A stretch of DNA of 32,000 nucleotides from Fastidiosibacter lacustris (GTDB lineage: Bacteria > Pseudomonadota > Gammaproteobacteria > Francisellales > Francisellaceae): positions 116,549-148,548 of the forward strand of contig NZ_QLIR01000003.1 in the NCBI RefSeq assembly GCF_003428155.1, given 5' to 3'. Shown piece by piece: positions 20,348 to 29,129 of this stretch; positions within the stretch are counted from its first letter, which is position 1, and each line of letters opens with the position of its first letter. The notes under the pieces were generated by a model, which saw only the letters and a list, made by a program, of their open reading frames with translations, did no database searches and was not told the origin of the DNA. Position numbers and translations under genes: made by a program.

Positions 20348-20550
20348 CATTTCACTAATCCAAAAGACGCTTTTGGTTTGGATTAAGGTTTCTTAATTAT
20401 ATGCTTCTTTATCTCCTGAAAATCAGTAGTATTTAATATTGTTTAAATGAGTGATAAATCTGTAATTTTTAACGGACTGTAACGATAAGTTGAGTTTTAG
20501 AACTTTCCATTAGACAAGCAAAAGCTATGTAATATTTATAAACATTCTTT

Positions 20551-21078
20551 TTAGTAAAAATACTCACCTTGAATCGGATTAGAGTAATGGACATGTGAAA
20601 ACTTCCAAACATCTCCTGGATTTGCGCCTCGCATATTATTTCTTTGTCTATAATACTTTTGTGGAACACGAATATCATCCAAATTGAATGTAAAAGCTGG
20701 AGATTTTGTAAACATTAGAATATCATCGTGCCTAGGAGAGAACACCTTTGTTTTACCGATTCCTTGAGTATAGTGCCATACTATCCATCCATGGAAGTGC
20801 AAGTTTAAGTCACGCTCCAAAATATTGTATAGATAAGATATAAAGCGAAATCCCATAAAGACATAAATGGTACCATGTGATTTTAATACACGACTCGCTT
20901 CTAAAAGGCATTCTTTAGAAAAATATAGATATTCTTCAAATGTTTTATTATCGATATTATTTTGATAATTTTTACCTAGATTATATGGTGGATCTGCAAT
21001 TATCAAATCAACAGAACTTGCCTCCATTTCTTTTAATTTCTGTACTGCATCACCTATTATTAGCTCCAAATTAATCAT
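20551..21078 (-). pseudogene. C-terminally truncated DPPY-type DNA (N4/N6) methyltransferase remnant
   Basis: 175 aa. Starts MINLELIIGDAVQKLKEMEASSVDLIIADPPYNLGKNYQ and continues to MRGANPGDVWKFSHVHYSNPIQGEYFY*, ending before the HPTQKP...DPFxGxGTT motif-I region expected in this architecture. Confidence 0.75.
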
Positions 21079-21217
21079 CTTTCTTAACCCAGCCTTTGCT
21101 CTCTGCGAGATGGTTATTCAAGTTGAAAGTATTTGCCATAACCTCGGCAACGGTACCTTTACGCACACCATTTGGATTAGATTTCAATTGATTCTTACCT
21201 GATTTAACTGTTGGAAT
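21071..21217 (-). pseudogene. Short open frame without an obvious ATG, overlapping the methyltransferase start by 8 nt
   Basis: Manual translation: (stop)IPTVKSGKNQLKSNPNGVRKGTVAEVMANTFNLNNHLAESKGWVKKDD*. Its stop TAA (21071-21073) overlaps ATGATTAA at the methyltransferase start. Confidence 0.45.
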
Positions 21218-21377
21218 TCATGCAGCGTACATCAATTTTCTTCGTCATTTTTGATTTGAAATTATAAAAAAATATGCTAGATGACAACACTACCCCTACA
21301 AACATAACTGTCTCACAGAGTTTGTTCATGTCAACATCAATTGAACGTTGACAAATGAAAAACAAAGTTCCTAAAAG

Positions 21378-22184
21378 CTACATGGAGTCAACACCAAGTA
21401 GTCCAAATATAATTAGCATTAAAACAAATATTGGAAAACTTGAGAATAAGCTATCCATTCTATCAAGAATTCCTCCATGTCCTGGTAGAATCGTGCCACT
21501 GTCTTTGACACCACATTCACGTTTAATCATACTTTCAAATAGGTCTCCCAATAGAGCAACTATTACAATTGCAAACGATAAGATGATTAAAATAGTTTGT
21601 TCAAAATGACTATGACTAATAACAAGTGCACAGATAACACCTGCTAAACCACCAAATACAAAACCTCCCACAAACCCTTCAACTGTTTTTTTAGGGCTAA
21701 TAATTGGCGCTAGTTTTTTCTTACCATATTGGCGACCAACAAAATAAGCACCACTATCAGCAAGTGTTACCACCAACATCATCAGCAACAGTAGAGCAGG
21801 CTTTTGCTGATGTAATAAGCTTAGTGATATCCACATTGGCACAATAACCAAAAAACCCATTGCATAACGTGCACCAGGTGAAATGGCTTTAAAAGGAATA
21901 TTAGGATAACGCAATACCAAATAGCAGGCAAAAAACCAGAATAAAAGTGAAATCAATAAAACCGTAAGCTGAGAATACCGTGATAGATAAATAAGCACCA
22001 AACTAATTGCTAAATAAATGATTTTTGTAGTGATTTTTTTTATATTTGCAAGAGCAGTCCACTCCCAAGCAGCAAACAACAAAACAACTGCTACTGCAAT
22101 ATCAAAAATTGTATTACTTAAGCAAAAAATCGCCCCTAAGACAATTAACCCAAGAATAACACCTGTAATAATCCGTTCCTTCAC
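21378..22184 (-). CDS. cdsA: Phosphatidate cytidylyltransferase
   Basis: 268 aa. Ends in CGVKDSGTILPGHGGILDRMDSLFSSFP (CDP-diglyceride synthase signature). Confidence 0.96.
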   Translation of the reverse strand: MKERIITGVILGLIVLGAIFCLSNTIFDIAVAVVLLFAAWEWTALANIKKITTKIIYLAISLVLIYLSRYSQLTVLLISLLFWFFACYLVLRYPNIPFKAISPGARYAMGFLVIVPMWISLSLLHQQKPALLLLMMLVVTLADSGAYFVGRQYGKKKLAPIISPKKTVEGFVGGFVFGGLAGVICALVISHSHFEQTILIILSFAIVIVALLGDLFESMIKRECGVKDSGTILPGHGGILDRMDSLFSSFPIFVLMLIIFGLLGVDSM

Positions 22185-22918
22185 GTTTCACCTTTTACCT
22201 GCTCATCCGTTTTGCCAAAACGCCTTTTGCGTAGCTGATAATCATCTAATGCTCGCTGAAAATCTTTCTTTGTAAAATCTGGCCAATACTTTTGACAAAA
22301 ATATAATTCAGCATAAGATAACTGCCAAATCATAAAATTGCTTATCCTTAGCTCACCACTGGTACGAATTAAAAGATCAACAGGAGTTTGAATACTATCA
22401 ATTAAAAATTTTTCAAAGCACTCTTCTGAAAGTTGCTCAACATCACACTGATTACTTATTATTGCTTTTAGTAGTTTCTTTGTTGCTAATACAATTTCCC
22501 ATTGCCCACTATAATCAATCGCAACATTAAGAATTAGACCTGTATTTAACTTCGTTGCATGCTCTGCTTGTAAGATGTTAGCCAAAATATCTGATGCTAA
22601 GCGACTGCGATCACCAACAACACAAAGTTTAACATTGTTTTCCTGCATCATTGGTATCTCTTTTACCAAAACTTCAGAAAAAAGTTCCATAAGTGTTGCA
22701 ACTTCTTGTTTTGGACGTTGCCAATTCTCGCGCCCAAACGCAAACAATGTTAAGATTTCAATATTTTTTTCTACAGCAAACTCAATTGCTGAACGCACAT
22801 TCTTAATTGCAGCTTTATGCCCTGAAGTACGCGGAAAAAAGTGCTTTTTTGCCCAGCGTCCATTACCATCCATAATAACAGCAACATGCTTAGGCAAACT
22901 CTGACTTGAGATATTCAA
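22181..22918 (-). CDS. uppS: Di-trans,poly-cis-undecaprenyl-diphosphate synthase
   Basis: HVAVIMDGNGRWAKKHFFPRTSGHKAAIKNVRSAIEFA...LTLFAFGRENWQRP, RTSGELRISNFMIWQLSYAELYF. Confidence 0.97.
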   Translation of the reverse strand: MNISSQSLPKHVAVIMDGNGRWAKKHFFPRTSGHKAAIKNVRSAIEFAVEKNIEILTLFAFGRENWQRPKQEVATLMELFSEVLVKEIPMMQENNVKLCVVGDRSRLASDILANILQAEHATKLNTGLILNVAIDYSGQWEIVLATKKLLKAIISNQCDVEQLSEECFEKFLIDSIQTPVDLLIRTSGELRISNFMIWQLSYAELYFCQKYWPDFTKKDFQRALDDYQLRKRRFGKTDEQVKGET

Positions 22919-22921
22919 AAG

Positions 22922-23479
22922 TTACATTTCCATTAAGTCTTGTTCTTTCTCTTGAACGATGACATCGGCTTTAGCAATCATATCATTTGTTAGTTTTTGA
23001 ATACTGTCTTCCGCCTTTTTAGCATCATCTTCGGAAATTTCTTTCTCTTTGAGTAAATCTTTAATATCTGAATTCGCGTCACGACGAATGTTACGAATAG
23101 CAACACGTCCTTTTTCTGCTTCTGTCCGTACCAATTTTACAAGCTCCTTACGACGTTCCTCATTCAATGCAGGCATTGGGATGCGTAAACTATCACCTAA
23201 ATTAGCAGGATTTAATCCTAGATCCGACATCAAAATAGCTTTTTCAATTTTTGCGGTAAGCCCTTTCTCCCAAGGTGTAATACCTAAGGTTCTCGCATCT
23301 AATACTGTAATATTTGCTGCTTGAGAAATTGGTGTTTCTACCCCATAGTAATCAATAATTATATGCGCTAATAAGTCTGGATGCGCTCGCCCTGTTCTGA
23401 TCTTTGCCAAGTCGTGACGTAAATTTTCTAAGCTTTTTTCCATACGATCTTTAGCATCTAATAAAATTTCTTTGATCAT
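22922..23479 (-). CDS. frr: Ribosome recycling factor
   Basis: 185 aa. [11 protein letters not shown]-type N-term, [40 protein letters not shown]-like [12 protein letters not shown]. Confidence 0.98.
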   Translation of the reverse strand: MIKEILLDAKDRMEKSLENLRHDLAKIRTGRAHPDLLAHIIIDYYGVETPISQAANITVLDARTLGITPWEKGLTAKIEKAILMSDLGLNPANLGDSLRIPMPALNEERRKELVKLVRTEAEKGRVAIRNIRRDANSDIKDLLKEKEISEDDAKKAEDSIQKLTNDMIAKADVIVQEKEQDLMEM

Positions 23480-23488
23480 TTTTTTCTC

Positions 23489-24205
23489 CTAATTTCTAAC
23501 CCAAGTACCTTCTTGCTCATTATTTAATACTCGCATAAGTGCACCTGAATTATTTAAATTAAAAACACAAATTGGAATGTTAAAATCTCGTGCTTGGATA
23601 AATGCACCAAGGTCCATTACTGCAAGTTCTTTGCGTAAAACATCTGCAAAGCTAAGTACATCAAATTTCTTAGCATTATCATGCTCCTTTGGATCTTTGT
23701 CATAAACACCATCAACTGTCGTTATCTTCAAAATTGCATCTGCTTGTATCTCTGCCGCACGTAAGCTTGCCGTACTGTCTGTTGTTACAAATGGATTGCC
23801 TGTTCCTCCTGCAAAAATTACGACCTTCCCTGTATTTAAATAAGATTTTGCAAGCTTAGGACAAGATGTTTGGATAACACCATCTATACCTTTTGATGAG
23901 AGTACTTCATTGTCAATACCATTCGATGTCAAAATATCCGACAGCGCCAGTGCGTTAATCATCGTCGCAAGCATCCCCATTGTATCAGCTGTACTGCGTT
24001 CAATTTGATCTCCAAATTGTGCTTTACTACCTCTTAGAATATTGCCTGCGCCGATGACTATTGCCAATTGCACACCCATTACTTGTGCTCGTTTAATGTC
24101 ATGAATAATCTCTTTCACGGCTTCAACTTGAATACCAAAACCATTTATTGATAAAGATTCTCCACTTAATTTGATTAAAACACGTTTAAAACTTGGGTGT
24201 GACAT
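23489..24205 (-). CDS. pyrH: Uridylate kinase
   Basis: 238 aa. FKRVLIKLSGESL, GAGNILRG, DTMGMLATMINALAL, VFAGGTGNPFVTTDS. Confidence 0.98.
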   Translation of the reverse strand: MSHPSFKRVLIKLSGESLSINGFGIQVEAVKEIIHDIKRAQVMGVQLAIVIGAGNILRGSKAQFGDQIERSTADTMGMLATMINALALSDILTSNGIDNEVLSSKGIDGVIQTSCPKLAKSYLNTGKVVIFAGGTGNPFVTTDSTASLRAAEIQADAILKITTVDGVYDKDPKEHDNAKKFDVLSFADVLRKELAVMDLGAFIQARDFNIPICVFNLNNSGALMRVLNNEQEGTWVRN

Positions 24206-24211
24206 ATTTAT

Positions 24212-25081
24212 TTAGGCCCCCTGAACTTGACTCATAACTTCAGCAGCAAAATTCGTTTCCTCTTTTTCAATGCCTTCACCAACACCAAAACGAATAAACT
24301 CAGTTACTATCGCATTATTTGCTTTCAAGAGTTGCTCAACTTTTTGATCAGGATTCTTCACAAATGGCTGACCAGCCAAGCTTTGCTCATCCAAAAACTT
24401 ACGAATACGCCCAGTAATCATTTTTTCAATAATATCATCTGGTTTACCACTTTCACGTGCTTGGGCAATAAAAATCTCTTTTTCTTTCTCAACCAAATCA
24501 GCTGGCACTTGATTTTGAGATACAACAAGTGGATTAGAAGCTGCAATATGCATTGCAACGTCTTTTGCCAGTTCTTCGTTACCACCTTTCATAGCAAGGA
24601 TGACACCGATTCGACCACCATGACTGTATACACCTAAAGTTTCTCCTTCCAAGTTGTCGACACGGCGTACGTTAATATTCTCTCCAATTTTTGCAATCAA
24701 TGCTTTACGGGTATCTTCAATTGTCTCACCATTTGTGAGTCGTAAAGCTAATACTTCTTCAAGTGTGTTTGCATTTGAAGCTGCAACTGCATTGACAACT
24801 TTATCCGCAAACCCTTTAAAATTTTCATCACGCGCAACGAAATCTGTTTCTGAATTGATTTCAATAATAACTGCTTTATTGGCAGACTTTGCCATTACAA
24901 CAACACCTTCTGCTGCTATACGCGAAGCTTTTTTATCTGCTTTTGCTTGACCTGATTTACGCATTTCTTCGATGGCCTTTTCAATATCACCACCTGTTTG
25001 TGTCAACGCTTTTTTACACTCCATCATACCAGCGCCTGTGCGCTCACGAAGCTCTTTTACTAATTGTGCGCTAATTGTCAT
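24212..25081 (-). CDS. tsf: Elongation factor Ts
   Basis: 289 aa. [58 protein letters not shown]. Confidence 0.98.
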   Translation of the reverse strand: MTISAQLVKELRERTGAGMMECKKALTQTGGDIEKAIEEMRKSGQAKADKKASRIAAEGVVVMAKSANKAVIIEINSETDFVARDENFKGFADKVVNAVAASNANTLEEVLALRLTNGETIEDTRKALIAKIGENINVRRVDNLEGETLGVYSHGGRIGVILAMKGGNEELAKDVAMHIAASNPLVVSQNQVPADLVEKEKEIFIAQARESGKPDDIIEKMITGRIRKFLDEQSLAGQPFVKNPDQKVEQLLKANNAIVTEFIRFGVGEGIEKEETNFAAEVMSQVQGA

Positions 25082-25113
25082 TATAAAATTCCTTCCGCCT
25101 TATAAAATTTTAA

Positions 25114-25839
25114 TTAGACTTCTTCTTCAGAAAGATCTACTGTTTTTTCTTCTGTTATTTGAGCACCTTTTCTTGCATCAATAATTGCATCAGCAAAATG
25201 ACTCAAATAAAAATGAATTGCTTTTACCGCATCATCATTGCCTGGGATAATATAGTCAATATCATCCGGGCTTGAGTTTGTATCCACAACAGCAATAACG
25301 GGGATCCCCAATCGCTTAGCTTCTTCAATTGCAATGTGTTCTTCTTTACTATCAATCACAACTAATAAATCAGGCAAGCCACCCATGTCTTTAATGCCAC
25401 CTAGCGCTTTTTCAAGTTTCTCGATTTCACGTTCATTATGCAGTGCTTCTTTCTTAGTCATTCGATCGAAAACACCTTCTTCTTGCATTTTCTCAAGGTC
25501 ACGTAAACGCTTAATAGATTGACGAATTGTTTTATAGTTGGTCAACATACCTCCTAACCAGCGATGGTTAACATATGGCATCCCACAACGCGAAGCTTCT
25601 TTAGAAACAATTTCCTGTGCTTGACGTTTTGTACCAACAAATAAAATCTTGCCATTTTTTGCAGCACTCTTACTTACAAAATTCACTGCATCTTGAAATA
25701 ATGGAACAGTTTTTTCCAAATTAATGATATGGATTCCATGATTAATGCCAAAGATATATTGGTTCATTTTTGGATTCCAGAACTTTTTTTGGTGACCATA
25801 ATGCACACCAGCTTGTAGCATTTCTTTCATTAAAGACAT
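25114..25839 (-). CDS. rpsB: 30S ribosomal protein S2
   Basis: 241 aa. [28 protein letters not shown]-like N-term, [45 protein letters not shown]. Confidence 0.98.
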   Translation of the reverse strand: MSLMKEMLQAGVHYGHQKKFWNPKMNQYIFGINHGIHIINLEKTVPLFQDAVNFVSKSAAKNGKILFVGTKRQAQEIVSKEASRCGMPYVNHRWLGGMLTNYKTIRQSIKRLRDLEKMQEEGVFDRMTKKEALHNEREIEKLEKALGGIKDMGGLPDLLVVIDSKEEHIAIEEAKRLGIPVIAVVDTNSSPDDIDYIIPGNDDAVKAIHFYLSHFADAIIDARKGAQITEEKTVDLSEEEV

Positions 25840-25935
25840 TTATATATTCTCCAAGTATGGGTTATTCCGCCATCACTCCCACTTTCAAACCTGATAAAGG
25901 CACCCTAAAAGTGTGTCGAGCGACGTGTGTTTTAT
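25840..25935 (-). promoter_or_regulatory. Possible structured rpsB 5' leader (S2 autoregulatory-like region)
   Basis: Minus-strand leader has GTCGCTCGAC hairpin, CACTTT...AAAGTG pairing enclosing GGGTGCC...CAGG, and GGGT...ACCC complementarity just before the start codon. Pairing was judged by eye only. Confidence 0.35.
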
Positions 25936-26163
25936 TGTTTAACGTTATGCTTTTTGCTAATGACAGATATAGATAATTTATAATTGCCATGCAAAAGCGA
26001 GCGGATTTTAACATAAATCGACATCAGCTGCTAGATTGAATTAATCTTTAGTTGCAAGAAAATCTGTACAAACAATCTCGGTCATTTACCTTTTATGATG
26101 GTGTAAAATCATGTAATGTTAAACTACCAACATAGGAATTTTAAAAACTAGGAATTTCTTTAG

Positions 26164-27378
26164 ATGACAAATAATTCACTGGTAAAACAACTTGGTTGCA
26201 CGATGATTGTAACAGGTACTGAAATTGGGGCAGGCATTTTAGCATTACCAATTATTACTGCAAAATTTGGCTTCCTTGTAAGTAGTGTTGTTATGCTTAT
26301 TGCATGGTGTATTATGACTTATACAGCACTTCTACTTGCTGATATTTCTCTTTCTATGCCAAAAGGCGCAAGCTTTGCTTCTATTGCAAAGCACGCTTTG
26401 GGACTGCCTGGCGTTGTCGTGACATGGATATCATTTTTATTGCTTATGTATTGTATTAGTATTGCTTATATCTCTGGGGCTTCTTCTGCCTTTCATGCAC
26501 TTTTACCAAACATTTCACAAAACGCATGGGCACTTATTTTTGTTGTTATATTTGGTACAATTGTTGTAATTGGTACTTCTGCTGTAGATATCATTAATCG
26601 TGTATTATTAACTACAAAACTCGTTTTTTTATTACTGGTATGCATCACCTTCCTACATTATATTGAAATCAGAAATTTACTCGTTTCTCCAATTGACCTC
26701 ACCCCTACTCTATTTATTGCCATTCCTATTATCATTACTTCTTTTACCTCCCATATCATCATACCAACACTTACTGAATATCTTGATAAAGATGTCAAAG
26801 CACTCTTTAGAGTGATTTTTATCGGTAGTATTATTCCTTTGTTTTTATATTTCCTATGGCTTATTTCTGTGCTTGGCGTATTACCACTCCATGGCTCAGT
26901 CAGCTTTATGAGTTCTATTTTTGATCATGTTAGCATTAGCTCTGCTAACGTTGGTGATGTGTTAAATGCCTTAAAAGAAAAAATCACAAACTCATCTGCC
27001 AACATCAGCATGAATATATTTACGGATATTTCTGTCATAACATCTTATCTTGGGGTGAGTCTTGCTCTTTATCACTTTAATGTAGATAGCTATCGTTTAA
27101 ACCGCTTACCTACTCAGTTTAAACTTTTAACAGCAGTCATCTTGACCTTCATCATACCGTTACTTGTCAACTTACTCGATCCAAACTTATTTATTAGTGC
27201 TATTGGTTATGTTGGGGTGTTTATTGCTGTACTTTTGTTAATGATGCCTGCTGTTATTGCTTTTAAGCTCACTCAATCAGGGTACCATTTTCATTACAAA
27301 ATCAGCCAGTTTCGTTTCTTGTGGATTGCCTCTTTTCTAGTAGGAATTGCCATCATTGTGATCCATTTTTCTATTTAG
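26164..27378 (+). CDS. Aromatic amino acid (tryptophan/tyrosine) permease, HAAAP family (Mtr/TyrP/TnaB-like)
   Basis: 404 aa. LGCTMIVTGTEIGAGILALPIITAKFGF...CIMTYTALLLADISLSMPKGASFASIAKHALG, about 11 TM segments. Confidence 0.9.
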   Translation: MTNNSLVKQLGCTMIVTGTEIGAGILALPIITAKFGFLVSSVVMLIAWCIMTYTALLLADISLSMPKGASFASIAKHALGLPGVVVTWISFLLLMYCISIAYISGASSAFHALLPNISQNAWALIFVVIFGTIVVIGTSAVDIINRVLLTTKLVFLLLVCITFLHYIEIRNLLVSPIDLTPTLFIAIPIIITSFTSHIIIPTLTEYLDKDVKALFRVIFIGSIIPLFLYFLWLISVLGVLPLHGSVSFMSSIFDHVSISSANVGDVLNALKEKITNSSANISMNIFTDISVITSYLGVSLALYHFNVDSYRLNRLPTQFKLLTAVILTFIIPLLVNLLDPNLFISAIGYVGVFIAVLLLMMPAVIAFKLTQSGYHFHYKISQFRFLWIASFLVGIAIIVIHFSI

Positions 27379-27520
27379 TTTTGTGTTCAGATTTTAAACT
27401 AAATTGAAAATTTACCTTCTTCTAATTGTATTTATCAAAGTTTTTGATCTGGATATGATTGAGTTTTTGAAAATTTCTTCTAACATACCTCCTACTTCAT
27501 CACAATATTTAATAATACAT

Positions 27521-28264
27521 ATGAGAGTTGCTCGTATCTTTTGCCCTGAAGTTGTAATGCATAGTAATACTTTTTCACTATCAACAGAGCTCAGTCATTA
27601 CCTTATTAAAGTATTACGCCATAAAGTTAAGCATAAAGTCATCTTATTCAATAATGACGATGGTTATGAATACCTTGCTGAAATTTGTGATGCTAACCCT
27701 AAAAGTGTTACTGTCAATATTTCAACCAAATATTTAATTGAGAGAGAATCCATACTTGATATACATCTTTTTCAATCACTGTCAAAAGGTGATAAGCTAG
27801 AAACTGTTATTCAAAAAGCTACTGAGCTTGGAGTTAAGCACATAACGCCCATTATCACCCAACGTGTTGACTACAAACTCTCGCTTGAACGCATAAACAC
27901 TAAACTTGAACACTGGCAAAAAATTGCCATTAGTGCAAGCGAGCAATCAGGTCGTGTTTTTATTCCAAAAATAAATCCCCCTATTATCTTTTCGCAAGCA
28001 CTAAATCTTACAGTAGAGCTTAAGCTTTTGTTATCGCCTTATGCAATACATCATGTCCAAGCCTTAAAACAACAATATCCTAAAGTCAGTCAGTTTAATA
28101 TTTATATTGGTCCTGAAGGCGGTTTTAGCGAAGATGAACTAAAATTAGCCTCCCATCATGACTGCCAAAGCATTGCTTTAGGTCAAAGGATTTTAAGAAC
28201 AGAAACCGCTCCGATTGCAACTATCGCCATTTTACAAGCACTATGGGGGGATTTTAATAAATAA
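27521..28264 (+). CDS. rsmE: 16S rRNA (uracil(1498)-N(3))-methyltransferase (track ORF begins at 27404; true start probably 27521)
   Basis: MRVARIFCPE..., QSLSKGDKLETVIQKATELGVKHITPIITQRV, SEQSGR, YIGPEGGFSEDELKLA, LGQRILRTETAPIATIAILQ. Confidence 0.95.
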   Translation: MRVARIFCPEVVMHSNTFSLSTELSHYLIKVLRHKVKHKVILFNNDDGYEYLAEICDANPKSVTVNISTKYLIERESILDIHLFQSLSKGDKLETVIQKATELGVKHITPIITQRVDYKLSLERINTKLEHWQKIAISASEQSGRVFIPKINPPIIFSQALNLTVELKLLLSPYAIHHVQALKQQYPKVSQFNIYIGPEGGFSEDELKLASHHDCQSIALGQRILRTETAPIATIAILQALWGDFNK

Positions 28265-28284
28265 AAAAGGCGCCAATGGCGCCC
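28262..28284 (-). terminator. Rho-independent terminator downstream of rpmA
   Basis: Minus strand GGCGCCATTGGCGCC followed by TTTTTT; lies in the convergent rsmE/rpmA junction. Confidence 0.85.
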
Positions 28285-28309
28285 GTTATTGAATAAGACA
28301 AATGTTCAA

Positions 28310-28579
28310 TTAAACATTGGTTGCCTTTTCTTCAATTGAAATATATTGACGTTTTAACTCACCACCAACGTGGAACTTGACAATACCATCCGCTATTGCA
28401 AATAAAGTGTGATCACGACCACAACCAACGTTTACACCTGGATGAAATTTTGTTCCGCGCTGACGAACAATAATCGTACCTGCTTTAACAAACTCGCCAC
28501 CATAACGCTTAACACCTAGGTACTTAGGATTCGAATCGCGACCATTACGAGTACTACCGCCTGCTTTCTTATGAGCCAT
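28310..28579 (-). CDS. rpmA: 50S ribosomal protein L27
   Basis: [28 protein letters not shown]...[28 protein letters not shown]. Confidence 0.98.
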   Translation of the reverse strand: MAHKKAGGSTRNGRDSNPKYLGVKRYGGEFVKAGTIIVRQRGTKFHPGVNVGCGRDHTLFAIADGIVKFHVGGELKRQYISIEEKATNV

Positions 28580-28596
28580 GTTTTATACTCCTTAAA

Positions 28597-28908
28597 TTAA
28601 CCTTGAATTGCTGTAATTTTAACCGCCGTGAAATATTGGCGATGACCTTGATGCTTCATGCTGTGCTTACGGCGACGAAACTTAATAATTTGTACTTTCT
28701 TATGACGACCTTGCTCAATAATTTCAGCAACGACTTTGGCACCCTGAACAACTGGATTACCTACTTTGATTTCATCACCATTTTGTAACATTAGTACATC
28801 AGTGAATTCAACCATTTCACCAACGCCTTTTTCAATTTTTTCTAGCTTAAGCACAGCACCTTCTTTAGCTTTGTGCTGTTTACCGCCACTTTTAATAATT
28901 GCGAACAT
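28597..28908 (-). CDS. rplU: 50S ribosomal protein L21
   Basis: MFAIIKSGGKQHKAKEGAVLKLEKIE...VQIIKFRRRKHSMKHQGHRQYFTAVKI. Confidence 0.98.
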   Translation of the reverse strand: MFAIIKSGGKQHKAKEGAVLKLEKIEKGVGEMVEFTDVLMLQNGDEIKVGNPVVQGAKVVAEIIEQGRHKKVQIIKFRRRKHSMKHQGHRQYFTAVKITAIQG

Positions 28909-29129
28909 ATTATTCTCCGATTACTCAAGCTGGTTTTTCACCGCTTGACTTTTTGTTATTTTTTAAAATAAAGCTTTATAAAAAAGCGTTGGGATTTTAG
29001 TGTTTTTAGAGCTAAATAGCAAGAGCCAAATTCAAGTATACCTTTAAAAAATACTTTATTTGGCTCAAAAACACTAAGCTATACTGCATACATGAAATAG
29101 CTAACACAAATTTTAGGACATTTAGATCA

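Noticed and set aside
20356-20385. CCAAAAG-ACG-CTTTTGG hairpin after yciB
   Set aside because: Stem is clear but no T tract follows on the plus strand, so it was not called as a terminator.
20469-20678. 69-aa minus-strand ORF partly overlapping the methyltransferase remnant, considered as its missing C-terminal part
   Set aside because: Its translation (MIFVFHKSIIDKE...LIVTVR) contains no HPTQKP or DPFxGxGTT motif, and much of it is an out-of-frame overlap.
24227-25976. Plus- and minus-strand ORFs overlapping tsf/rpsB and the rpsB leader (e.g. 24227..24637, 24972..25184, 25770..25976)
   Set aside because: Antisense or out-of-frame to ribosomal and elongation-factor genes; low-complexity translations.
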